Source: Alphaproteobacteria bacterium
Lineage (GTDB): Bacteria > Pseudomonadota > Alphaproteobacteria > JAAXGF01
Direction of reading: 5' to 3'
Length of the DNA: 64,000 nt
Assembly (NCBI GenBank): GCA_963555825.3
Contig: CAUVXB020000001.1
Coordinates: forward strand, 128,001 to 192,000
The translations under genes were made by a program, and so were the position numbers. The notes under the pieces are model-generated. The model was not told where the DNA came from and made no database searches. It worked only from the letters and a program-made list of their open reading frames with translations. Below, piece after piece: positions 50,159 to 63,139 of the stretch (its first letter is position 1; each line of letters starts with the position of its first letter).

Positions 50159-51089
50159 GAGCCCGGCCGGGAATGAATTGTTTGATTTCAAAGCCTTGCG
50201 ATCCTTCGTGTGAGGAGTTGGATGCTTGCGATCATGAGCCAGGCCTCGGCGCTGGCGATGGTGGCCTCGAAGTCTTTGGCGAGACGGCGGTTGCGACCGA
50301 GCCAGGCAAAGGTGCGCTCCACCACCCAACGCCGGGGCAGGACCTTGAAGCCCGTCACGTCGTCGCTTCGCTTGACGATCTCCAGCGTCCACTGGCCGAT
50401 CTTTTCCAGCGCCTTGCCGAGTTTCGGTCCGGCGTAGGCGCCATCGGCGAAGACGTGGCGCAGCCAGGGGAAGGCCCATCGGATCGAGGCGAGCAGCGGC
50501 GGCGCGCCGTCGCGGTCCTGGATATGGGCGGCGTGAACCATGCCGGCGACGAGCCGCCCGCCGGTGTCGGTGAGGATATGGCGCTTGCGCCCCTTAACCA
50601 ACTTGCCGGCGTCGAACCCGCGCGGGCCGCCGCTTTCCGTGGTTTTCACCGACTGGCTGTCGATCACACCGGCGGACGGGCTGGCCTCTCGGCCCTCGGC
50701 CTCGCGCGCGCGCATGAGCAGCTCGTGGTTGATCCCGTTCAGCGTCGCCTCGGTGCGCCAAGCGTAGAAGTACTCCTGGACCGTGCTCTTCGGCGGAAAG
50801 TCCTTCGGCAACATCCGCCACTGGCAACCCGTGCGCGCCATGTACAGGATCGCGTTCACCACCTCGCGCAGGTCCGTCGTTCGCGGGCGTCCCAGCCGTT
50901 TGCATGGCGGCAGCAGCGGGCCGATCACGCCCCACTCCGCCTCGGTAAGATCGCTTGCATAGCGCAGCCCCTTGCGCTCATATTTGGGTCGAGTGGTCTC
51001 GGTCCACATCTTGTGCCTCCATCGCTGTTCAACCACAACGAAGGAAACACAAGTGACTGATTCCACTCAACTCTTATTCGGCCGGACTC
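50159..51089 (-). mobile_element. IS5-family element (931 bp), copy 2
   Basis: Near-identical to 4886-5816 (one L/I difference in the protein); TTA duplicated. Confidence 0.95.
50188..51009 (-). CDS. IS5-family transposase
   Basis: Same motifs as copy 1. Confidence 0.95.
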   Translation of the reverse strand: MWTETTRPKYERKGLRYASDLTEAEWGVIGPLLPPCKRLGRPRTTDLREVVNAILYMARTGCQWRMLPKDFPPKSTVQEYFYAWRTEATLNGINHELLMRAREAEGREASPSAGVIDSQSVKTTESGGPRGFDAGKLVKGRKRHILTDTGGRLVAGMVHAAHIQDRDGAPPLLASIRWAFPWLRHVFADGAYAGPKLGKALEKIGQWTLEIVKRSDDVTGFKVLPRRWVVERTFAWLGRNRRLAKDFEATIASAEAWLMIASIQLLTRRIARL

Positions 51090-51273
51090 TTAGGTAAAGA
51101 CGACCTGCGCTCAATCGCCGCGCATGCCAATCTTATGGAATAAAGCCGTTCTTATGGGATCAAGGGTGGCCGAACGGTCGGCGGCCCCCTCTTGTCGGAA
51201 TCAAGACTGGCGCGAGCTGGTAGATTTCGACCGACCGGATTATGCGCTACGCCATCTACAAAGGAGACCCATC

Positions 51274-51876
51274 ATGTCCGACCAACACGGCGTTCGTATC
51301 GCGACCATTCTGGGTACGGCGCGGCCCGGCAATTACACCTCGAAGGCGCTCGCGCTGGTGATCGACGAGATCGCCAAGCGCGATGGCATCGCGCTCGACG
51401 TCATCGATCCAGCGGGCATGGACCTCGCCGCGCCGGGCGCCGCCTCGGCCGACGCCGAGGCGCTCGCCGAGATCGTCTCCAAGGCGACCGGCGTGATCTT
51501 CGCGACGCCCGAGTACCACGGCACCTACGCGAGCGTCGCCAAGCTGATCATCGAGAACCTCGGCTTCCCGTCGGTGCTCGCGGGCAAGCCGGTCGCGCTG
51601 GTTGGCGTCGCCGCCGGACAGATCGGTGCGATCAAGGCGCTCGAGCATCTGCGCAGCGTATTGTCGCATGTCGGCGCCATCGTGCTGCCCGGGCCGGTCT
51701 CGGTGGCCGGCGTGCGCGCGGTCTTCGACGAGGACGGCGGCTGCACGGACGAGGCCACCGAACGCCGCCTGCGTCGCGTCGCCGACAACATGATCGACTA
51801 CATCCGGGCCAACATCTGTCCGCGCGTCGCGCTCGAGCAGATGGTCCGCGAGGAGCTCGCCAAGCGCGCCGCCTGA
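51274..51876 (+). CDS. NADPH-dependent FMN reductase family
   Basis: ILGTAR, ATPEYHG, GKPVAL; AAGGAG RBS. Confidence 0.92.
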   Translation: MSDQHGVRIATILGTARPGNYTSKALALVIDEIAKRDGIALDVIDPAGMDLAAPGAASADAEALAEIVSKATGVIFATPEYHGTYASVAKLIIENLGFPSVLAGKPVALVGVAAGQIGAIKALEHLRSVLSHVGAIVLPGPVSVAGVRAVFDEDGGCTDEATERRLRRVADNMIDYIRANICPRVALEQMVREELAKRAA

Positions 51877-51921
51877 CCGCTGGGCGGAAGGACGGGGCAA
51901 GGCGGCATCGAATTTCCAAAC

Positions 51922-52058
51922 AATCAATGTTTTAACGAGGTGTCAGACACCATTATACTTTCATCTCGCCTTATATCAACCAGTTAGAGAGGTGTCAGAC
52001 ACCTTTATTGGGTTACCGTGCGTTGTTTCAACGACTTAGGGAGGTGTCAGACACCATT
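51922..52058. repeat. Three-unit 52-bp periodic array (IHF-like site plus palindrome GGTGTCAGACACC)
   Basis: Palindromes at 51939, 51991 and 52043; IHF-like sites at 51922, 51974 and 52026. Confidence 0.92.
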
Positions 52059-52123
52059 CGGTGCGGGGGCCGGTCATTGCGGGCGCGGGCGCAGACGCGC
52101 GGCGCGGCGCGGTCGGCCGTGCT

Positions 52124-53548
52124 TCACGCCGCCCAGGAAAGGTCGGGGTGCCGGGTCCGCCATTCGGTCGCTTGTGCGTACGCGTGGGCGACGCGCAGGG
52201 CCGCCGCCTCGTCGAACGGCTTGGCGTAGACCATCACGCCGATCGGCAGGCCGTCGGCCGAGAAGCCGCAGGGCACCGAGACGGCGCAGAGGCCCAGAAG
52301 GTTGCCCAACGACGTGTTGCGCAGATAAATGCCGCTGAAATGAGCGAAGCTGTCACGGTCGGCGTCGACCTCGGCGACGGGCCGGGCCGGCAGCGCCGTG
52401 GTCGGAACCAGAAACGCGTCGATCGCTTCGAGGCGCGTGGCGAAGCGGCGCCTGAGGTCGGCCAGCCGGCGGCGCGCCAGGAAATGCTCGACCGCCGGGA
52501 TGTCCCGGCCGTCTTCCATCCACGCCAGCGCGGCATCGAGCGGGCCTTCATGGCCGTCGACGATCGCGCGATTGAAGGCATAGCCCTCGACGGCGTAGTG
52601 CGCCGGTTCGTGGGACAGCGCTTGCGCTTCGGCGACCTCGGGCATCTCGAGACCCGCGACGTCGGCGCCGAGCGACCGACAGACCTCGGCCGCCGCGCGC
52701 ACTGCCGCGCCGACCTCGGCGTCGACGCCGTCGAAGAACACGGTTTCGCCGATCGCGATCGCGAGGCCCCGAATGCCCGACTTCAACGTGCCGAGAACAT
52801 CGTGGGGCGCGATCAGCGCGGTGCTGTCGTCGTCGGCGTCGGGGCCGTGGATCGTCTGGTAGACCAGCGCCGCGTCCTCGACCGAACGGGTCAGCGGGCC
52901 GACCGAATCGAAGGTCCAGGACAGCGGATAGACGCCGGCGCGGCTGACGCGGCCGACCGTCGTCTTGAGGCCGACCGTGCCGCATAGCCCGGCCGGCGCG
53001 CGCACCGAGCCGCCGGTGTCGGTGCCGAGCGCCATCGGTGCCAGGCCGGCGGCGACCGCGACCGCCGACCCGCTCGACGAGCCGCCCGGAATATGCGCGT
53101 CTCGGTGCCACGGATTATGCGGCGTGCCGAGATCGTGATTGATGCCCAGAATGTCGGCGGCGAGCTGAACGGTATGCGTCTTGCCAATCAGGATCATGCC
53201 GGCGGCGGCGAGCCTGCGCACCACCGCGCTGTCGGTCGCCGCGACATTGCCCGCCGTCACGCTCATGCCGGCCGCCGTGACCTCGCCCGCGACGTCGAAC
53301 AGGTCCTTCGCCAGGTAAGGAATGCCATGCAGCGGCCCGAGGTAGTCGCCCGCGGCGATCATCGCGTCGGCGGCGGCGGCCTCGGCCAACGCGCGGTTGC
53401 GCGTGAGACCGACGACGGCATGCAACGCACCGTTCAGGCGTCCGATGCGATCGAGCAGTCGTTCGGTGAGATCGACCGAGCGGAGCGCCCCCGATCGGAT
53501 CGCGGGCGCGAGTTCGGCGATGGTCGCGAAGGATGCATCGGACGCCAT
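52124..53548 (-). CDS. Amidase-signature family enzyme
   Basis: GPLHGIP...KD, GGSSSGSA, GTDTGGSVR.PA. Confidence 0.95.
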   Translation of the reverse strand: MASDASFATIAELAPAIRSGALRSVDLTERLLDRIGRLNGALHAVVGLTRNRALAEAAAADAMIAAGDYLGPLHGIPYLAKDLFDVAGEVTAAGMSVTAGNVAATDSAVVRRLAAAGMILIGKTHTVQLAADILGINHDLGTPHNPWHRDAHIPGGSSSGSAVAVAAGLAPMALGTDTGGSVRAPAGLCGTVGLKTTVGRVSRAGVYPLSWTFDSVGPLTRSVEDAALVYQTIHGPDADDDSTALIAPHDVLGTLKSGIRGLAIAIGETVFFDGVDAEVGAAVRAAAEVCRSLGADVAGLEMPEVAEAQALSHEPAHYAVEGYAFNRAIVDGHEGPLDAALAWMEDGRDIPAVEHFLARRRLADLRRRFATRLEAIDAFLVPTTALPARPVAEVDADRDSFAHFSGIYLRNTSLGNLLGLCAVSVPCGFSADGLPIGVMVYAKPFDEAAALRVAHAYAQATEWRTRHPDLSWAA

Positions 53549-53677
53549 GAGCGGCCTCTTTCCATGGAGAAATTCAAGCGATCAGCATATCCGAAATTGG
53601 CCAGCCCGACCAAGGTGCTAGGCGGTCGATGACGCGCCGGAAGGGCGATTCGGCGGCGATCGCGAATTTCGCCAATA

Positions 53678-53693
53678 ACACAACATATTGCGT
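53678..53693. promoter_or_regulatory. NrdR-box-like operator
   Basis: ACACAACATATTGCGT versus consensus acaCwAtATaTwGtgt. Confidence 0.55.
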
Positions 53694-53723
53694 TGAATAT
53701 GCAGGGATAATACAGCATCGGCA

Positions 53724-53752
53724 TTGCGGGTGGGGGCCGCGCTGCCTATAAT
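53724..53752 (+). promoter_or_regulatory. Sigma70-type promoter of parE (probably leaderless)
   Basis: TTGCGG-N17-TATAAT, ATG 7 nt downstream, no SD. Confidence 0.6.
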
Positions 53753-53759
53753 CCGGGCC

Positions 53760-55745
<1,986 letters not shown>

Positions 55746-55830
55746 CCGCCATCCGCTAGGATGGCGCGGCGATGACTGACGCCCTTGACCGATTCCTGAC
55801 CGCCGACGAACGCGCCGCCGTGCGCGCGGC

Positions 55831-56760
55831 ATGATCGAAGAGGGCATGCCGTCGGACGGCGCGGGCGGCTATGGCCGGGGCATCGCCTATATGCTCGCGT
55901 CGCTGGTCTTGTGGGTCGTCATGAACGCGATCATCAAGCAGGCAGCGGAAACCATCCCGACGATGCAAATACTGTTGTTCCGCAACGCCGTGGCGATCCC
56001 GACGCTGCTGCCCTTCATGATCGCGGCGGGCGGCGTCTCGATCCTGGCGACGCGGCGGCCGGGATGGCATCTGCTGCGTTCGGCGATCGGCGTCACCGGC
56101 ATGACCTGCTTGATCTTCGGGCTCGGCGCGCTGCCGCTGTCCGAGGCCATCACGATCACCTATGCGGCGCCGCTGTTCGTCACGGCGTTGAGCGTGCCAC
56201 TGCTCGGCGAGAAGGTCGGCGTGCGCCGCTGGAGCGCCGTCGCGATCGGCTTCATCGGCGTCCTGGTCATGATGCGGCCGGGCGGCGAGATCAACCCGGG
56301 CGCCGTGGTCCTGCTGTTCGGCACGCTGTGCTTCGCCTTCGTCGTCATCATCACGCGGCATATCTCGAAGACCGAGCACAGCGTCGCCATCGTGTTCTAT
56401 TTCTCGCTCGCGGCGTCGGTCGCCGGCGCCGCCGCCATGCCGTGGTTTTGGGTCACGCCGCAGGGGGTGGGATGGCTCATGCTGGTGGTCGTCGGGGTGC
56501 TCGGCGGCGTCACGCAGGTCCTGCTCGCCATGGCGATCAAGGAAGCGCCGGTGTCGGTCACCATGCCGCTCAACTACCTGGCGCTGGTCATCGCGGCCGG
56601 CCTCGATATCGCGGTCTGGGGCGTCTGGCCAAGCACGACGACGGTGGCCGGCGCGGCGTTGATCGTCGCCACCGGGCTGTTCATCGTCTACCGCGAGACC
56701 GACCCCGCGACGCGGGTGCGCCTCCGCGCCTGGTTCACACTAAGCCGCAACCCCCCGTGA
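55831..56760 (+). CDS. DMT/EamA family transporter
   Basis: About 10 TM segments, PLF...LS..LLGEKVG..RW, GF.GV...MRPG. Confidence 0.93.
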   Translation: MIEEGMPSDGAGGYGRGIAYMLASLVLWVVMNAIIKQAAETIPTMQILLFRNAVAIPTLLPFMIAAGGVSILATRRPGWHLLRSAIGVTGMTCLIFGLGALPLSEAITITYAAPLFVTALSVPLLGEKVGVRRWSAVAIGFIGVLVMMRPGGEINPGAVVLLFGTLCFAFVVIITRHISKTEHSVAIVFYFSLAASVAGAAAMPWFWVTPQGVGWLMLVVVGVLGGVTQVLLAMAIKEAPVSVTMPLNYLALVIAAGLDIAVWGVWPSTTTVAGAALIVATGLFIVYRETDPATRVRLRAWFTLSRNPP

Positions 56761-56851
56761 CGCCAATCCCTATTAAACGTAAGCAGTATACATTTAATGA
56801 TTGCCAAGCGCCGGAAAATGTATACTGCTTACGTTTAATAGGGATTGGCGT
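56760..56851. repeat. Perfect 36-bp inverted repeat with a 20-nt spacer (MITE-like)
   Basis: ACGCCAATCCCTATTAAACGTAAGCAGTATACATTT and its exact reverse complement at 56816-56851. Confidence 0.92.
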
Positions 56852-56852
56852 G

Positions 56853-57185
56853 CTAGTACATGCCGAGTTCGAGGCGCGCCGCTTCGGAGAGCAGCTCGGG
56901 CGTCCAGGGCGGGTCCCAGACCAGCTCGACCGCGACGTCGGTGACGCCGGGCAGCTCTCGTACCTTGTCGGCGACCTCGACCGGCAGGATATCGGCGACC
57001 GGGCAGGCGGGCGCAGTCAGGGTCATGTCGATCGTGACGGCGCCGCCGGCGCCGATGTCGATCTTGTAGATCAGCCCGAGCTCGTAGATATTGACCGGAA
57101 TTTCCGGATCGTAGACGGTGCTTATCGCGGCGATTACCGCCGCTTCCGTCGGGCCCGCCACGGGGCCGGTTTCATCCGTTGTCAT
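56853..57185 (-). CDS. sufT: SUF Fe-S assembly protein (DUF59/SufT)
   Basis: VYDPEIPVNIYELGLIY, MTLTAPACP, LVWDPPW. Confidence 0.92.
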   Translation of the reverse strand: MTTDETGPVAGPTEAAVIAAISTVYDPEIPVNIYELGLIYKIDIGAGGAVTIDMTLTAPACPVADILPVEVADKVRELPGVTDVAVELVWDPPWTPELLSEAARLELGMY

Positions 57186-57193
57186 CGGCGTTC

Positions 57194-57652
57194 CTATTCC
57201 TCGGTCGAGACTTCTTCGGCGCCGCCGTCGAGCGCGGATTGCAGCGTGTGCCAGGCGAGCGTCGCGCATTTGACGCGCACCGGGAACTCGCGCACCCCCG
57301 AGAACACGGTCAGTTTGTCGAGCGTTTCGGGGTCCGCCTCGGAACCGTCGTCGGTGACCAGGCCGTGGAAGCACTGGAAAATGTCGCGCACCTCGGCTTC
57401 GGTCTTGCCCTTGACCATCTCGGTCATCAGCGAAGCCGAGGCGATCGAGATGGCGCAGCCGTTGCCCTCGAAGCCGATGTCCCGGACGACGCCGTCCTCG
57501 AAGCTGAGGTAGAGCGACAACCGGTCGCCGCACAGCGGATTGTGGCCGTCGGCGCGCCGGTTGGTGTCGGGCGGCGGGTGGCCGAAATTGCGCGGCTGGC
57601 GGCCGTGGTCGAGAATGACTTCCTGGTAGAGGTCGCGCAGCTCATCGTCCAT
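57194..57652 (-). CDS. sufU: SUF NifU-family protein SufU
   Basis: LYQEVILDH, NPLCGD, GCAIS.ASAS, RVKCATLAW. Confidence 0.95.
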   Translation of the reverse strand: MDDELRDLYQEVILDHGRQPRNFGHPPPDTNRRADGHNPLCGDRLSLYLSFEDGVVRDIGFEGNGCAISIASASLMTEMVKGKTEAEVRDIFQCFHGLVTDDGSEADPETLDKLTVFSGVREFPVRVKCATLAWHTLQSALDGGAEEVSTEE

Positions 57653-58932
57653 CAGCCGAACAACTCCATCACCTTGGCGATGCCGGCGCAGAGCGCGTCG
57701 GCGTCCTCGGTCGTGTTGTAGAGGCCGAACGAGGCGCGCACCGTCGCCGCCACGCCGAAGCGGTCCATCACCGGCTGGGCGCAGTGGTGGCCGGCGCGCA
57801 CCGCGATGCCCTGGCGGTCGAGGATCGTGCCGACGTCGTGCGGGTGCACGCCCTCGATGCCGAAGGACAGGATTGCCGCCTTGTCGCGCGCCGTGCCGTA
57901 GAGACGCACACTGTTGAATTCGCTCAGCTTTTCGGTGGCGTAGGTGAGCAGCTCGTGCTCGTGGGCGGCGATGCGTTGGATGCCGAGGCCGGTGACATAG
58001 TCGATCGCCGCGCCCAGGCCGATCGCGCCGGCGATGTTCGGCGTGCCGGCCTCGAACTTGTGCGGGATGACGTTGTACTCGGTCTTCTCGAAGGTGACCG
58101 TGCGGATCATCTCGCCGCCGCCCTGGTAGGGCCGCATGTCCTCCAGCAGCGCGGCCTTGCCGTACAGCGCGCCGATACCCGACGGGCCGTAGAGCTTGTG
58201 GCCCGAGAAGACGTAGAAGTCGCAGTCGATGTCCTGCACGTCGATGTCGAGATGCACCACCCCCTGGCAGCCGTCGACCAGTAGCAGCGCGCCGTGGGCG
58301 TGGGCGAGCCGCGCCACCTGCTTGATGTCGACGACGGTGCCGAGCGCGTTCGAGGCGTGCGTCATGGCGACCAGGCGCGTGCGCGGGCCGAGCAGCTTCT
58401 CGAACTCGTCGATCAGGAGGTTGCCGTCGTCATCGATCGGCGCGACGCGCAGCACGACGCCGCGCTCGGCGCGCAGCATCTGCCAGGGCACGATGTTCGA
58501 ATGATGCTCCATGTGCGACAGGATGATCTCGTCGCCGGGGCCGAGATTCGCCCGCCCGTATGCGTCGGCGACAAGGTTGATGGCCTCGGTGCCGCCGCGC
58601 AGGAAGATGATCTCGCGTGATTCGCGGGCGTTGAGGAAGGTCCGCACCTTGTCGCGCGCCGCCTCGAAGCCTTCGGTAGCGCGCTGGCTCAAGGCATAGA
58701 CGCCACGATGGATGTTGGCGTATTCGTGCTCGTAGCAGTGCTTGACCGCCTCGATCACCTGGCTCGGCTTCTGTGCGCTGGCCGCCGAATCGAGGAAGAC
58801 CAGCGGGTGGCCATAGATCTTCTCCGCCAGAATCGGGAAGTCGGCGCGCACCCGCGCGACGTCATACGCCTGGTCCGCGGTATCCCGGTTGCTCTCGATC
58901 GGGTTCAACGCCACGCTTGGGCCCTCACTCAC
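57652..58932 (-). CDS. sufS: Cysteine desulfurase SufS
   Basis: LDSAASAQKP, EHHSN, SGHK, FEAGTP, RAGHHCAQP. Confidence 0.97.
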   Translation of the reverse strand: MSEGPSVALNPIESNRDTADQAYDVARVRADFPILAEKIYGHPLVFLDSAASAQKPSQVIEAVKHCYEHEYANIHRGVYALSQRATEGFEAARDKVRTFLNARESREIIFLRGGTEAINLVADAYGRANLGPGDEIILSHMEHHSNIVPWQMLRAERGVVLRVAPIDDDGNLLIDEFEKLLGPRTRLVAMTHASNALGTVVDIKQVARLAHAHGALLLVDGCQGVVHLDIDVQDIDCDFYVFSGHKLYGPSGIGALYGKAALLEDMRPYQGGGEMIRTVTFEKTEYNVIPHKFEAGTPNIAGAIGLGAAIDYVTGLGIQRIAAHEHELLTYATEKLSEFNSVRLYGTARDKAAILSFGIEGVHPHDVGTILDRQGIAVRAGHHCAQPVMDRFGVAATVRASFGLYNTTEDADALCAGIAKVMELFG

Positions 58933-60253
58933 CGTGGTTGACTTGCGGCAGCCAGCCGGTGACGACGCGCCACAGATGCGCCTTGATGGCGTCGTCGTCG
59001 ACGGTCTCGATGATCTCGCCGACGAACGCTTCGACCAGCAGGTTCTGCGCGCTCTCGGCGTCGATGCCGCGCGAGCGCAGGTAGAACAGCGCGTCGGCGT
59101 CGAGCTCGCCCGCCGTCGCGCCGTGGCTGCACTTGACGTCGTCGGCGAGGATCTCGAGCTCGGGCTTGGTATCGACCCGTGCCGTCTCGGCGAGCAGCAG
59201 GTTCTTGTTGAGCTGATGGGCGTCGGTCTTCTGGGCGTCCGCGCGGACCACGATCTTGCCTTGGAACACGCCGTGCGCCTCGTCGTCGATCACGCCGCGG
59301 TAGTGCTCGTGGCTAGTGCATTCGGGCCTGGCGTGGTCGATCAGCGTCGTCGTGTCCATGTGCTGGCGGCCGCGCGGCAGATAGGCGCCGCCGAGGCGGC
59401 ATTCGCCGTGTTCGCCGTCGAACACCGCGCTGATCTCGTTGCGCGACAGCCGGCCGCCGACCGAGACCGCGAAGCTATCGAATCGCGCGCCGCCGCCGAG
59501 GCGCGCGCGCGTCGCCGCGATATGGATCGTCTCGGCACCCTCGGCCTGCAGCTTGACGTGGCGGATCGCCGCGTCGCGATCGGCGGCGATGTCGGTCACC
59601 GCGTTGGTCCAAAAGGCGCCGCCGCCCGCCGGGGCGTACGACTCGATCAGCGTCGCCGCGCTGGCCGCGCCGGCGATGACCAGGTTGCGCAGATGTGCGG
59701 CTACCGGCGCCGCGCCGCCGGCGCCGAGATAGAGCAGATGGACCGGCTTCTCGAGCATGACGCCCGGCGCCAGCGTGAGCACCGCGCCGTCGGCCATCAG
59801 GGCGGCGTTGAGCGCGGCCGGGCCGAAGGCGTCCGTGACGCCGGCGTCGGCCAGCATGGGCTCGACCAGTTCGGGATCATCCGCGATGACCTCGGCGAGG
59901 CTGACCAGGCGTGCGCCGTCGGGCAGCGCGCCGATGTCGGAAAGGTCGGGCCGCGCGTGGCCGTCGACGAAGACCATCAGGTGGCAATCGAGGCCGTCGG
60001 GCAGGAAGGCAGCGATGTCGCCGACCGCGACGCCGTTGGCGCGCCTGGGCGCGGGCGCGTAGCTGGTGCGCGCGAAGCGCCTGAGGTCGGTGAACTTCCA
60101 CCGCTCGTCGCGGTTGGTCGGGAAGCCGACGTCGGCGAAACGCGCGATCGCGGCTTCGCGCGCGTCGTCGAGCCAGGCGATGCCGTTGCCCGGCAACGCG
60201 GCGCGCTGGGCGGCGAACTGGTCGATGTAGATGGTGACGGGATCGGTCTTCAC
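58925..60253 (-). CDS. sufD: Fe-S assembly protein SufD
   Basis: E.WKFT, FQGKI.V..DAQKT, KPELEI.ADDVKCSHG, FYLRSRG. Confidence 0.96.
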   Translation of the reverse strand: MKTDPVTIYIDQFAAQRAALPGNGIAWLDDAREAAIARFADVGFPTNRDERWKFTDLRRFARTSYAPAPRRANGVAVGDIAAFLPDGLDCHLMVFVDGHARPDLSDIGALPDGARLVSLAEVIADDPELVEPMLADAGVTDAFGPAALNAALMADGAVLTLAPGVMLEKPVHLLYLGAGGAAPVAAHLRNLVIAGAASAATLIESYAPAGGGAFWTNAVTDIAADRDAAIRHVKLQAEGAETIHIAATRARLGGGARFDSFAVSVGGRLSRNEISAVFDGEHGECRLGGAYLPRGRQHMDTTTLIDHARPECTSHEHYRGVIDDEAHGVFQGKIVVRADAQKTDAHQLNKNLLLAETARVDTKPELEILADDVKCSHGATAGELDADALFYLRSRGIDAESAQNLLVEAFVGEIIETVDDDAIKAHLWRVVTGWLPQVNHGE

Positions 60254-60268
60254 GGGGCGCGCTCCGCT

Positions 60269-61018
60269 TCAGGCCGCCGCGCCGGAGAGCTCGCCGTAGC
60301 CCTGGTCCTCGACCTCGAGCGCGAGCTCGGCGCCGCCCGACTTGACGATGCGCCCCCCGTTCAGCACGTGGACGCGGTCGGGCACGGTGTAATTCAACAG
60401 CCGCTGGTAATGGGTGATCAGCACTATGGCGCGCGTCGGCGCGCGCAGCGCGTTGATTCCGTTGGCGACGATGCGCAGGGCATCGACGTCGAGGCCCGAA
60501 TCGGTCTCGTCGAGGATCGCCAGCCGGGGCTCGAGCATGGCCATCTGCAGCACTTCGTTGCGCTTCTTCTCGCCGCCCGAGAAACCGACGTTGAGCGGTC
60601 GCTTGATCAGCGACTCGTCGAATTTGAGCTGGCTGGCCTTCTCGCGCACCAGCTTGAGGAAGTCCATGGCGTCGAGTTCGGGCTCGCCGCGATGGACGCG
60701 GATCGCGTTGAGCGACGACTTCAGGAAGTTCATGCCGGAGACGCCGGGAATCTCGACCGGGTACTGGAAGCCGAGAAAGACGCCCTCGCGCGCCCGCTCG
60801 TCGGGCTCGAGCGCGAGCAGGTCGCGGCCCTGGTAAAGCACCTCGCCGTCGGTCACCTCATAGCCCCCGCGGCCGGCCAGCACATAGGCGAGCGTCGACT
60901 TGCCCGAGCCGTTCGGCCCCATGATGGCGTGCACCTCACCGGCGCCCACCGATAGATCGATGCCTTTGAGGATCGGCTTGCCGTCCACCGCGACATGCAG
61001 GTTCTTGATTTCGAGCAT
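60269..61018 (-). CDS. sufC: Fe-S assembly ATPase SufC
   Basis: GPNGSGKST, FQYPVEIPG, GFSGGEKKRNE, LDETDSGLD. Confidence 0.97.
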   Translation of the reverse strand: MLEIKNLHVAVDGKPILKGIDLSVGAGEVHAIMGPNGSGKSTLAYVLAGRGGYEVTDGEVLYQGRDLLALEPDERAREGVFLGFQYPVEIPGVSGMNFLKSSLNAIRVHRGEPELDAMDFLKLVREKASQLKFDESLIKRPLNVGFSGGEKKRNEVLQMAMLEPRLAILDETDSGLDVDALRIVANGINALRAPTRAIVLITHYQRLLNYTVPDRVHVLNGGRIVKSGGAELALEVEDQGYGELSGAAA

Positions 61019-61057
61019 CACGCCTTCTCTAAATTATCGTCGAAAATGAATGCCGGC

Positions 61058-62512
<1,455 letters not shown>

Positions 62513-62532
62513 GGTCGTCTCCCTACGGCGCC

Positions 62533-62982
62533 CTAATGGTCGTGCGCTTCGCGCGCCAGCGCGAGCGGCGGCAGCGGGAAGGGGCTCACCAGGTCGGCGA
62601 GCGTGATGTCGTCGAGCGCCCGATGGATCGCCTGATTGATCTTGTAGAGATGGCCGCGTGTCGGGCAGAAGGTCTCGAGCACGCAGGGGCCGGTATGCGC
62701 ATCGAGGCATTCGGTGAGCGCGATCGGCCCGTCCAGCGCGGCGATGATCTCGGCCGACGTGATGTCGTGGGGCGACCGCGCCAGCTCGTAGCCGCCGCCC
62801 GCGCCGCGGTGCGAGTCGAGAAGCTCGCTGCGCGACAGCGCCTTGAGAATCTTTGCCGCGGTCGGTTCCGGCACATGCGTCGCGTCCGCAACCGCGTGCG
62901 CCGTGTGCAGCGGTTCGGGGCTCGACGCGATATGCGTCATCAAGATCATGCCGTAATCGGCCAGCCTGCTCAGGCGGATCAT
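62533..62982 (-). CDS. Rrf2-family SUF regulator (IscR-like)
   Basis: [27 protein letters not shown] plus two further Cys; first gene of the suf operon. Confidence 0.93.
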   Translation of the reverse strand: MIRLSRLADYGMILMTHIASSPEPLHTAHAVADATHVPEPTAAKILKALSRSELLDSHRGAGGGYELARSPHDITSAEIIAALDGPIALTECLDAHTGPCVLETFCPTRGHLYKINQAIHRALDDITLADLVSPFPLPPLALAREAHDH

Positions 62983-63004
62983 CGCTTGGGTCCCGGTCTA
63001 ATGC

Positions 63005-63019
63005 GGACCAATATGGTCC
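63005..63019. promoter_or_regulatory. Palindromic candidate operator for the Rrf2 regulator
   Basis: GGACCA-ATA-TGGTCC about 22 bp upstream of the Rrf2 start. Confidence 0.6.
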
Positions 63020-63139
63020 TGATTGGTCAATTAGTCGCCGAAGGCCCTTGGGTCAAGCGGTTTGACGCAGAAAATCACGGTTTTTCGTCCGAAGCCTGTA
63101 TAAATCGGTAAGCCGAAAACGGACGCGGGAGAAAGGCCG

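Larger units (their letters stand above)
50140..51248. repeat. Dispersed intergenic element, copy 2, split by IS5
   Basis: 50140-50158 plus 51093-51248 is collinear with 12648-12829. Confidence 0.85.

Noticed and set aside
51922-52058. CRISPR array
   Set aside because: The repeat is only about 15-18 bp, the spacers share an IHF motif, there are only three units, and no cas genes or leader.
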